This document shows, piece by piece, positions 17,991 to 26,573 of a stretch of DNA of 45,461 nucleotides. Within the stretch, counting starts at the first letter, position 1. Each line of letters starts with the position of its first letter. The notes under the pieces are model-generated. The model worked only from the letters and a program-made list of their open reading frames with translations. It did not search any database and had not been told where the DNA came from. Origin of the DNA: an archaeon (GTDB taxonomy: Archaea > Asgardarchaeota > Thorarchaeia > Thorarchaeales > Thorarchaeaceae); the NCBI GenBank assembly GCA_024276825.1, contig JAJRWI010000018.1, positions 1 through 45,461 of the forward strand, written 5' to 3'. The position numbers and the translations under genes were made by a program.

Positions 17991-20189
17991 TTGAGCACTC
18001 TGAGAGAACTTGAGATGGAGCGGACATCGCCCAGGCTGCTGGAGGTCCTGCGCAGGCGAGGCTTTGCCAGCCTGACTCCATTTCAAGCTGATGCAGTAGC
18101 ACAGGGAATAATGCGTCAGAGGAGCCAGATATTGATCACGTTTGATTTTGATGAGGCCTACGAGATTGGTGAGATAGCACTGCTCAATCATGTTGCGTCT
18201 GACCCCTTGACTCGCGTGATGGTCATATGTCCAAACCCGCATCATGCAGAGAAGAGGTTTCAGTCAATTAGCGTCAAGTGTCATCGTCTTGGGGTTGAAA
18301 CCACCCCAATTTTCAGGAGAAGAGCTGCCATCCGTAAGGACATCCAGTCTGGAAGAGTCATAGTCGGAACATATCAGTCCCTGAATATTGCAGTGTTGAG
18401 CCATCCTGAGTTGCTCGAGAACCTCTCAGCAGTATTGATAGAGAGGTTGGACCTCATAGGGCAGCCGGAGATTGGATCGAAGCTCGAGTCGATAATAGTG
18501 ACAATAAAGGGTCATCTGTCAGAGGTTCAATATGTTTCAGTCACACCCCCAGTTGCAGACATTGATGATCTGAGTGCATGGCTTGATTCAATAGTGGTTG
18601 AAGACCACAAGCCTGAAGTCAAACGAATATATAGTGTGAAAGCCTTTCAGGCTGCGAGCGAGTCACTTTCAACACTGTCTAATTTTGTGGTCAAGAGCAA
18701 AGGGCAGATCATGGTACTTTGTCCAAGTGATGGCTATTCTGAAAAACTGGCATTACAATTGGCAGGAGAGTTAGATGGCGGCGAGCCCATTGAGCTGGAA
18801 TTCACGCGAGAACAACGCGAAGAATTAAGAACATTGTCTTATGAGATAGCGAAAAAGTATCCAAACTGTGATATGACTGTTAAATTGAGTAGTATTATAC
18901 CAAAGGGCATTGCATTCTTTCACAAGGGCCTCTCAAGACGTCAACGAAGAATCATCTCTAAAGCTTGGGAAGAAGGACTGCTCCCAATGATTGTAATGCC
19001 CACACGTTTTGCAATTGCAAGTGGAATGCGAGCAACAGTGGTATTTCTAATGAGTGTGTTCATGCAGCCCTGGGAGAATGAGGACAGCCAGGTCATGATG
19101 ACAGAGTGGCAATTGAGCGATGTCTTACTTGCTGCAGGAAGAGAGGGACGAGACAGAGAAGGGTTTGGAATAATAGTGGTTGATTCTGATGAAGAGCGCC
19201 GACGTGTCCTTGAGAAGTACTTCATGATTAATGAGGAGGGAAACATCAGGCCACGTCTTGGTGAGGTTGATAGTACCATGGATGATCCTGAGAATGCTCA
19301 AGACTTGGTTCTAAGACAGATATGCATGGGGGCCAAGGGTGAAGACCCATTCTCTGTGATAAGCAGGACATTCTGGGCCACATCTAATCGAACTACACAT
19401 ATCACACGTGATGAAATATTAACCACTGACAATGCATCTGTTGATGCCCTAATTTCGATAAGGACCACAAAGAGCACTATAGAGAGGGCACAGAAGATTC
19501 CGGATAGCTCTGTGAGGATAGTGTCAGTGACGCCGTCCAAGGTAGAGGGGTTGATAAGGAGTTCTACAAGAAACCTTTGGCATCATGTTGCATTTCGTGC
19601 AGAAGACGGAGTTTCATGCACATGTGAGTCATGGAAGTTTCAGGGAATCAGGCGACATAGATTATGCAAACACCTTGTAAAACTGGCCACATCAGCATTG
19701 AGCGATGAAGAGGCCGGACCTTATGCACCATCTATCATCATTCAAGCACTTCGCGGACTTGAGATTCTGGGAGACCTCCAGAGAGAAGGCCTGATAATCA
19801 GAGATAAGACTGGATCCAGATGCACGGATATAGGACAGAGTGTTGTAGTATTGGGAGTTCCCATAAAGGACGCCAAGAACATCCGTAGGGCCATGATGAA
19901 GCAGCAGGGAGATCTTAAAAGGATCTTGTACAGGGTTGTGACCTCAAAGACTGGCTTTTCTGAAAATCTAGTCAGGAGAGTTTTAGACTGTCTGCCTGCA
20001 AAGAACATTGAGGAGATTGTGAGAACAACAAAGGGGCAACCAGGAATAATTGAGAACATCATAGAGGAAGTTCATTATTCCAATTTGATTCTACTGGGAC
20101 TAATGGCAAGTTATGACAGAAAGGGTCTGAATAAGGAGACCTTCGAGTTGGACCTAGCACTCAGGGAGATATTAGCAGAAATCGGTTAA
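17991..20189 (+). CDS. Hel308/Ski2-like pseudo-helicase with a SWIM zinc finger
   Basis: Q-motif LTPFQ, GIAFFHKGL and AGR remnant retained; Walker A/B substituted; CTC-x13-CKH SWIM motif. Start TTG 17991 or ATG 18015. Confidence 0.8.
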   Translation: MSTLRELEMERTSPRLLEVLRRRGFASLTPFQADAVAQGIMRQRSQILITFDFDEAYEIGEIALLNHVASDPLTRVMVICPNPHHAEKRFQSISVKCHRLGVETTPIFRRRAAIRKDIQSGRVIVGTYQSLNIAVLSHPELLENLSAVLIERLDLIGQPEIGSKLESIIVTIKGHLSEVQYVSVTPPVADIDDLSAWLDSIVVEDHKPEVKRIYSVKAFQAASESLSTLSNFVVKSKGQIMVLCPSDGYSEKLALQLAGELDGGEPIELEFTREQREELRTLSYEIAKKYPNCDMTVKLSSIIPKGIAFFHKGLSRRQRRIISKAWEEGLLPMIVMPTRFAIASGMRATVVFLMSVFMQPWENEDSQVMMTEWQLSDVLLAAGREGRDREGFGIIVVDSDEERRRVLEKYFMINEEGNIRPRLGEVDSTMDDPENAQDLVLRQICMGAKGEDPFSVISRTFWATSNRTTHITRDEILTTDNASVDALISIRTTKSTIERAQKIPDSSVRIVSVTPSKVEGLIRSSTRNLWHHVAFRAEDGVSCTCESWKFQGIRRHRLCKHLVKLATSALSDEEAGPYAPSIIIQALRGLEILGDLQREGLIIRDKTGSRCTDIGQSVVVLGVPIKDAKNIRRAMMKQQGDLKRILYRVVTSKTGFSENLVRRVLDCLPAKNIEEIVRTTKGQPGIIENIIEEVHYSNLILLGLMASYDRKGLNKETFELDLALREILAEIG

Positions 20190-20249
20190 CTTTTTACGGA
20201 TAACATGAGTGCCGCAGACAACTCCAGTGATTCTTTCATGGTGATACTA

Positions 20250-21395
20250 ATGAAGTTGTTTGAACATGAGGCCAAAGACATCTTTAGAGAGTTCAAGATG
20301 CCAACCCCACCAGGGGGCGTAGCGAGAACTCCTGAAGAGGCCAAAGAACGAGCTGCTGAGATTGGCAAGCCGGTTGTCGTGAAGGCTCAAGTACTCGCAG
20401 GCAAGAGAGGAAAGGCTGGCGGCGTGAAGTTTGCAGACACGTCAGATGAGGCTGCCAAAGTCGCAGAAGAGATTCTAAAAATGCGGATAAATGATCTTCC
20501 TGTGAAGGCAGTACTAGTAGAGGAAAAGCTGGATATTGCACAGGAGATCTATGCAGGCATAACTATTGATCGCAATGAGAGAAAGTATGTTGTGATTGGA
20601 AGTTCTGCAGGAGGCATGTCAATAGAAGAGCTCGCTGAAACAAGTCCTGAGAAGATAATAAAACGGCACGTGGACCCGTTTCTCGGGTTTCATCCTTACG
20701 AGGCCAGGCAGATGGCCATCAATATGGGGTTCAAAGGAAAGCAGATCAACAGGCTTGCAGGATTCTTCATGATCCTCTGGAAGATTGTGCAGGCTTATGA
20801 TGTTGAACTAACCGAGATCAACCCCCTTATTCTCACCAAGGACGGGAGATTTCTTGCTGCTGATGCACGTCTGAACATCGATGATAATGCCCTGTATAGA
20901 CACAAGAGTCTGATTGAGGAACTGAAGAGGGAGCCTGCTGAGCAGAATGAGAGGGAGAGGCTTGCTGCTGAGCATGACATGGCCTATGTCGAGCTTGATG
21001 GTGATATCGCATGCATATGCAATGGAGCAGGCCTCACTATGGCAACTCTTGATTCTGTGGCGCACTATGGTGGAAAGGCAAGCACATTTCTTGACCTTGG
21101 TGGTGGCGCTGATGCGGAGAGAGTAAAGAAGGGTATTGAGATTGCACTAATGTACCCCAAAGTAAAGGCCATATTGGTCAACATTATGGGAGGCATCACT
21201 AGGTGCGATGAGGTGGCAAAGGGAATTATTTCAGCCAAGGAGGATGGAGACCTGACTGTGCCACTTGTGATTAGAATGGTCGGTACCAATGAGGGGGAGG
21301 GACAGGAGATCCTTCAGAAGGCAGGAATCCCGTTTCTTAGGACCATGGAGGAGGCAGCGGCGAAAGTCGTAGAGATAGTCAAGGAGGGTGCATAG
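20250..21395 (+). CDS. sucC: Succinyl-CoA synthetase beta subunit
   Basis: MKLFEHEAK, KAQVLAGKRGKAGGV, EINPL, NGAGLTMAT, FLDLGGG, GGITRCD. Confidence 0.97.
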   Translation: MKLFEHEAKDIFREFKMPTPPGGVARTPEEAKERAAEIGKPVVVKAQVLAGKRGKAGGVKFADTSDEAAKVAEEILKMRINDLPVKAVLVEEKLDIAQEIYAGITIDRNERKYVVIGSSAGGMSIEELAETSPEKIIKRHVDPFLGFHPYEARQMAINMGFKGKQINRLAGFFMILWKIVQAYDVELTEINPLILTKDGRFLAADARLNIDDNALYRHKSLIEELKREPAEQNERERLAAEHDMAYVELDGDIACICNGAGLTMATLDSVAHYGGKASTFLDLGGGADAERVKKGIEIALMYPKVKAILVNIMGGITRCDEVAKGIISAKEDGDLTVPLVIRMVGTNEGEGQEILQKAGIPFLRTMEEAAAKVVEIVKEGA

Positions 21396-21396
21396 A

Positions 21397-22266
21397 ATGG
21401 CAGTATTGGTAGACAAAGATACAAGGGTAATAATTCAGGGAATCACTGGGGGACAGGGCACATTTCACTCTGGAGCAATGCTCGAGTACGGTACCAAAGT
21501 TGTTGCAGGTGTCACGCCTGGCAAGGCGGGCCAAGAGGTGCATGGCGTTCCTGTCTATGACAGTGTGAAAGATGCAAAAGATGCACATGATGCCACCGCA
21601 TCTGTGATATTCGTGCCAGCACCATTTGCTGGAGATGCGGCTCTTGAGGCAATAGCTGCTGATTTGAACCCGGTAGTTGTCATCACAGAGCATGTGCCCG
21701 TTCAAGATGAGATCCGTGTGATTCATGCAGCTAAGAAGAAAGGCATCACGGTCATCGGACCAAACACTCCCGGAATAATCACGCCTGGGGCAAAGCAGAA
21801 GCTGGGGATCATGCCCGGTCATGTGTTCTCTCATGGCAAAGTTGGACTCATGTCAAGAAGTGGAACGCTCACATACGAGATTGCAGCAGGCATGACAATA
21901 GCGGGAATTGGAATCTCAACAGCAATAGGACTTGGTGGAGACCCATGTGTTGGACTTACAACTATCGAGGCTGTGAAACTGTTTCAGGAGGACAATGAGA
22001 CAAAGGCCCTAGTTCTAGTTGGTGAAATTGGAGGAGATGCTGAGGAACGTGCGGCATTCTATATCAAAGACAACTATGATCTGCCCGTGGTGGGATTCAT
22101 AGCAGGGAGAACCGCTCCACCAGGCAAGAGAATGGGCCATGCAGGTGCTATCATAAGTGGTAGTAGTGGCACAGCAGCTGCAAAGATTGCCGCATTTGAA
22201 GATGCAGGTATTGCTGTTGCAGAGAAACCCAGTGACATTGCAAGACTATTAAAAGAAGTAATGTGA
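21397..22266 (+). CDS. sucD: Succinyl-CoA synthetase alpha subunit
   Basis: QGITG, GPNTPG, SRSGTLTYE, GKRMGHAGA (phospho-His). Confidence 0.97.
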   Translation: MAVLVDKDTRVIIQGITGGQGTFHSGAMLEYGTKVVAGVTPGKAGQEVHGVPVYDSVKDAKDAHDATASVIFVPAPFAGDAALEAIAADLNPVVVITEHVPVQDEIRVIHAAKKKGITVIGPNTPGIITPGAKQKLGIMPGHVFSHGKVGLMSRSGTLTYEIAAGMTIAGIGISTAIGLGGDPCVGLTTIEAVKLFQEDNETKALVLVGEIGGDAEERAAFYIKDNYDLPVVGFIAGRTAPPGKRMGHAGAIISGSSGTAAAKIAAFEDAGIAVAEKPSDIARLLKEVM

Positions 22267-22393
22267 ATGATGAGGGAGGCTAGAACAGAAAAATTGTCTA
22301 AGCATAAGTTTTAAAACCTCACCTAGTGGGGTTTCAAAAAGCGGGCTCTGACAGTACTCACACAGTCCGTCTAAGACAGAATGAGGTCTAAAA

Positions 22394-22549
22394 ATGCCAG
22401 TTGCAGACATTGAAAAACGAAGACTTGCACAGCACTACTTACTATACAAGTCCATATGCCGCTATTGTGGAGCCACAAACCCAATCAAGGCCAAGAAATG
22501 TCGTAAATGTAAGACTAAGGACCTCAGGCCGAAGAGACGGAAGAAGTAG
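22394..22549 (+). CDS. rpl40e: 50S ribosomal protein eL40 (51 aa; not in the ORF track)
   Basis: MPVADIEKRRLAQHYLLYKSICRYCGATNPIKAKKCRKCKTKDLRPKRRKK; GAGGT upstream. Confidence 0.95.
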   Translation: MPVADIEKRRLAQHYLLYKSICRYCGATNPIKAKKCRKCKTKDLRPKRRKK

Positions 22550-22572
22550 TCCTGCCTGCTAAAACATCTCGT

Positions 22573-22687
22573 GGGCCGGTGATCTAGTTGGCTATGATGC
22601 CGCCTTCACACGGAAAAACTGTCATGGTGCGCGTTTTTTCGGAATAAACGGCGGATATCGCGTGTTCGAGTCACGCCCGGCCCACCA
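22573..22687 (+). tRNA. tRNA-Val(CAC) with a 38-nt intron (~22611-22648), encoded CCA
   Basis: Acceptor GGGCCGG/CCGGCCC; anticodon stem CCGCC/GGCGG with loop TTCACA^C; T-arm GCGTG-TTCGAGT-CACGC. Confidence 0.93.
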
Positions 22688-22690
22688 AAA

Positions 22691-22709
22691 TGTGTGTTTT
22701 TTGTTTTTG
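22691..22709 (+). terminator. Oligo-T archaeal terminator after tRNA-Val
   Basis: TGTGTGTTTTTTGTTTTTG immediately after CCA. Confidence 0.55.
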
Positions 22710-23076
22710 CATTGTATGGTAATAATAATCTAAAGTGAGTGATTAGATCAAGAACAGATTAGAACAGGAGCAGACGAAAAAGGATCTGGTTGGATTTTTT
22801 ATAAATCTGTGGGAACTAGTGCATTTATTATGAAAATTGGATGTGGCTGGTGGATTTTATGCACAGATTCAGGAGTATTGCCAATTCCCAGTGATGGATA
22901 TTATATTAAATAGGCATTAAAAGTAACTATATGTGAGAATGCTATTGTAAATGCTATTATGGATGAGCCTAATGACGCCACATGAAGTTACCAATGAGGA
23001 GAGAATAGAGGAAATGCATATTGATGAAACTTAGTCCATCTCAAAATTATTTGTCTGCATTACTGCCATCCCCATT

Positions 23077-23637
23077 TTGATAACTATTCCTCAACTAAGT
23101 GGCTATTTTCTCTCAGAGGCTATTCTCATTACAAGATCTAAAGTAGACGAACTCATAGTTAATTATATTGGGCCGCAGTACATCAAACCCTTATTGCTAC
23201 TATTACTTGCCACGGGAATTGTTATTGGATTATCTTCAATTAGAATCTATGAGAGTAAATTGTTTCGAGATTTGAGGGATCATGGTGAAACAAGGATAAA
23301 TATGATTGGGAGAAGCTGTATTTTGCATCTGCCATATTTTGGGCTTTTTCCATTTTTATTTATCATTAGTTTTTCTGAGGTTTCATTTATGTTTACTTCA
23401 TTTACATCAATAGACTGGGGGGCAATTTCAATACTGACTTTTTCTCTCACAGGGTTTGGCTTTACCTTGGGGAGTTCATTTGCCTATGCCCTTTCACATG
23501 AGAGAACTAGAAAGTTTGCATCCAATCATAATGCGATAATTAAACTATATCGAATAAGAAATGAGGGGGTTCATTGGAAGCTAGTAATGCAAATGAGGAG
23601 TAGTTCTGCAGTGAAGGAATGTAGTAATGAAAAGTAA
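23077..23637 (+). CDS. Hypothetical membrane protein in an AT-rich segment (possibly an N-truncated remnant)
   Basis: 186 aa with 3-4 hydrophobic segments; no clear RBS; atypical composition. Confidence 0.45.
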   Translation: MITIPQLSGYFLSEAILITRSKVDELIVNYIGPQYIKPLLLLLLATGIVIGLSSIRIYESKLFRDLRDHGETRINMIGRSCILHLPYFGLFPFLFIISFSEVSFMFTSFTSIDWGAISILTFSLTGFGFTLGSSFAYALSHERTRKFASNHNAIIKLYRIRNEGVHWKLVMQMRSSSAVKECSNEK

Positions 23638-23886
23638 GATCAACTTCAGATTTAGGAGTGTGTATAATGCATCAATAATTAGCGAAATTGATGAGATCAT
23701 AGTTCAGCTTGAATGTGGATTTTGTATAGTATTATGATTTCTAGCGGTTCATGTGGAAACGAGTTTTTCTGCTAATGCTCTAATTCATTAATGATGTACT
23801 TGACATAATGTTTTTAATAATATAAGAGCGCCACCAATGTGTTTAGGTTAAATCAGGCCACCAAAAAGAGAAACAGGAGAAAGGCA

Positions 23887-24102
23887 ATGCCGAAACAAAT
23901 CTATGATGTTGAAAGATTCCTTGAGATGTCTGAGGATGCAATAGAGTGCAGAGTAAAGAGGACCAGTGAGCGGGTGAAATTGAAGCTCCGAACCACAAGA
24001 TATCTTTACACTCTGGTTGTTCCACCACAGAAAGCAGAAGAGATTCTACAGAAAGTCAAGTGCCAGATTGTTGAGGCAAGGCCAAAAACTGAAGAGGCCT
24101 AG
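23887..24102 (+). CDS. rpl38e: 50S ribosomal protein eL38
   Basis: MPKQIYD...RVKR...VKLKLRTTRYLYTLVV; ATG 23887 after AGGAG. Confidence 0.92.
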   Translation: MPKQIYDVERFLEMSEDAIECRVKRTSERVKLKLRTTRYLYTLVVPPQKAEEILQKVKCQIVEARPKTEEA

Positions 24103-25364
24103 ATGCTGACCGTATCGCCAACCTCTGGCACATGTGCTGTTTTTCCAATCTCTGTGAGGCTTTCAGCCAGAGCATCGCAAGATTCAGATTCTCCATGAAC
24201 AACATAGAATTCTGGATCTCCAGGAATGTTCTCGAGAAGGTTCAGTAGCCCATCTGCATCGGAGTGAGATGAAAGATGATGCATACGGACATCTGCCTTG
24301 ACCTTATACTTTCTATTACCTACAGTGACCTCACCTGTTGCAAGAAGCTCGGCTCCAGGAGTGTCAGGTATCTGAAAGCTGACCAATACAATAGAGTTCA
24401 GTGGGTTATCATGCATCAGTTTGAAATATAGATGAGACGCACCGCCCTTGAGCATTCCGGCAGGAGAAATCACAATACCACCGCTGTTTGCCGCTTCACG
24501 CCGTTCTCTATTGCCAGAGATGACAATGATCCGTTTCACAGCACGGGCAAAAGCCTGCGGTGAGCTTATGTATTCGGGGTGCTTCATCAAGATGTCATTT
24601 ACATTTCTCGCCAGACCATCTATGAAAATGGGATACTTGTGGGGAATCTTGTAAGACTCAAGAATGCACATTATCTCTTGGCTGCGACCGACTGCAAAGG
24701 CTGGAATCAGGACTGTACCCCCGCGTTCGAGGGTTTCGATTATTGTGTCTATAAGATCCTGTTCAATCGTGGCGCGTGGAGGGTTTCTCCTTCTTGCATA
24801 CGTACTCTCAGTCACAACAATATCATGCCGCGGAAGATTCTCTCTTGCACCAGGATTCAGGCGAGACTCATATGCGTTGAAATCGCCTGTGAACAGGATT
24901 CTCTTGCCATCCACCCGAATTGATATCATGGCACTCCCTGGAATATGCCCTGCATTGAAGAATGTCATTTCAAAATAACGGCCTATTGGAAATGTTTCCT
25001 CATACAGAGCAGCAACACTCTTCTTTTTGATGAGAGACATGTCATCACGATTAAAGGGTAATCGACCATTACTTATCTTGTACATATCACGTAACAACAG
25101 TGAACTGAGATCTCTTGTTGCGGGTGTACAGAATAGTGACGCCTCGCTGCTCTTTAGTATGATAGGTACACCACCAGAGTGATCTAAATGTGCATGAGTC
25201 AGCGCAAGTGCTTGAATGTCATCATAGGGGATTGCAGGAGGGAATGATGGGGGATTTTGTAGTTTAGTCCCATAGTCGACCACAATAGATTCATCCTGCT
25301 CTTCAATGAGGAATCCAGAGCGACCGATTTCCCTGCATGAACCCAAGAATGTGAGATGTGCCAT
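24099..25364 (-). CDS. MBL-fold beta-CASP ribonuclease (aCPSF2-like, no KH domains)
   Basis: LGSCREIGRS, THAHLDHSG, AGHIPGS, TGD, ESTY, PAFAVGRSQE, SSHSD, VHGE. Confidence 0.9.
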   Translation of the reverse strand: MAHLTFLGSCREIGRSGFLIEEQDESIVVDYGTKLQNPPSFPPAIPYDDIQALALTHAHLDHSGGVPIILKSSEASLFCTPATRDLSSLLLRDMYKISNGRLPFNRDDMSLIKKKSVAALYEETFPIGRYFEMTFFNAGHIPGSAMISIRVDGKRILFTGDFNAYESRLNPGARENLPRHDIVVTESTYARRRNPPRATIEQDLIDTIIETLERGGTVLIPAFAVGRSQEIMCILESYKIPHKYPIFIDGLARNVNDILMKHPEYISSPQAFARAVKRIIVISGNRERREAANSGGIVISPAGMLKGGASHLYFKLMHDNPLNSIVLVSFQIPDTPGAELLATGEVTVGNRKYKVKADVRMHHLSSHSDADGLLNLLENIPGDPEFYVVHGESESCDALAESLTEIGKTAHVPEVGDTVSI

Positions 25365-25605
25365 GATAAAAGCCAACCAATTGAGTTTTCAACCATTATA
25401 AAGAAAAGGCTTGTGGAATCACTGATATCATTGATGTTTCATGTTATTAGTATTATAAAATGCAATTCATGAAAAGAAGAGTAATTGTTCTAAAATTTAT
25501 AAGAATCAGTGAATAAATGAGTTAAGTTAAAAAATCGAAACCTATATCAGAAGCGCAGACCTAAAACGAAAATACTGATTGAGCGACGGCAGGGAGAGGC
25601 TTCGT

Positions 25606-25914
25606 GTGACGGAAGAAGCAACCAATGAATCAACCAACGAAGAGGCTGAGGCAGCAGTACTAGTTGGAAATAAGAACGTGATGAGCTACGTGATGGCGTG
25701 CAAGACCCTTTTTGACAAGGGCGCAAAGGAAGTTGTCATCAAGGCGAGGGGTAGACTCATCAGTCGTGCAGTAGATGTCGCAGAGATAACTCGTCGAAGA
25801 TTCATGACTGATCTAAAGGTCAAGAGTATTGAGATAGGTACAACTACTGTTAAGACTGACAAGGGCAGCGAGCTCAATGTGTCTACCATTGATATTGTGC
25901 TCACACGGGAGTAA
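25606..25914 (+). CDS. albA: DNA/RNA-binding protein Alba
   Basis: [34 protein letters not shown]; GTG start after GAGG. Confidence 0.95.
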   Translation: MTEEATNESTNEEAEAAVLVGNKNVMSYVMACKTLFDKGAKEVVIKARGRLISRAVDVAEITRRRFMTDLKVKSIEIGTTTVKTDKGSELNVSTIDIVLTRE

Positions 25915-25987
25915 GGGGAATTATTAAAGGGAGTCCTCGCTCGGAGCCACGCCCTTGTTGGCGCTCTCCAAAAGCGAGGAATATTCA

Positions 25988-26572
25988 ATGAAACTGCCAG
26001 TGTGCAAAATAGACATCCAGTCAGATCTGCTATGCCCAAGTTGTCAAGAGAGATTGGAAAAGGGAGAGATAACCCCATTTGATATCGAGTTCTCCAAATG
26101 GCTACTAGAAAGATTGCAGGACTATCCAGAGCTAGAGAAGTTAGAGCTGAGGAGAGCAGTCGAACTGACTGGACGAATCTTGTTGATTGTCAAGAAGAAG
26201 AATAAACCCGTCTTGGAGGCACTAGAGGACCTTCTTGAAGAGATCAGGGAGAAACATGGGGATGTGTTAATAATTGAAACGCCAGTAAAACTCCGCACAT
26301 TGGTCAGAATGCTAATTCATCCAGCAGTAGAAGTTGGTGTCAATAGTCTATATCTGCCAGATGGTGTGAGAGAGAGTATTGTGATGTTAAGAGGGGAAGA
26401 CAGGGAACGAATTTCTTACTCAAAAGAGGAGCTTAGAGAGATTGTATCCGCGGTAATGGGAGAGATTGTCCTCTTCGAGTTTGATGATGAGAGAGTTGAG
26501 AAGGTGCAGGAGGATATAGACGAGGAGTTTGACAGGAAGCTTCAAAGTTATGGCAAGAAGAGAAGAAGGTGA
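25988..26572 (+). CDS. Archaeal NusA-like / KH-like protein with an N-terminal Cys cluster
   Basis: MKLPVCKIDIQSDLLCPSC N-terminus typical of the archaeal NusA paralog family; LIHPAVEVGVNSLYLPDG. Confidence 0.7.
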   Translation: MKLPVCKIDIQSDLLCPSCQERLEKGEITPFDIEFSKWLLERLQDYPELEKLELRRAVELTGRILLIVKKKNKPVLEALEDLLEEIREKHGDVLIIETPVKLRTLVRMLIHPAVEVGVNSLYLPDGVRESIVMLRGEDRERISYSKEELREIVSAVMGEIVLFEFDDERVEKVQEDIDEEFDRKLQSYGKKRRR

Positions 26573-26573
26573 T

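Noticed and set aside
22267-22351. Possible C/D box sRNA (ATGATGA ... CTGA)
   Set aside because: The spacing is long for an archaeal guide, there are no clear D'/C' boxes or terminal stem, and it overlaps the likely rpl40e promoter.
22341-22549. Ubiquitin-eL40 fusion as in eukaryotes
   Set aside because: No upstream ubiquitin-like coding sequence; eL40 is stand-alone with its own RBS.
23828-23867. CCACCAA / GGCCACCAAAA as an attR copy of the tRNA-Val 3' end
   Set aside because: The matches are only 7-9 nt with no T-arm sequence and no integrase; compatible with chance.
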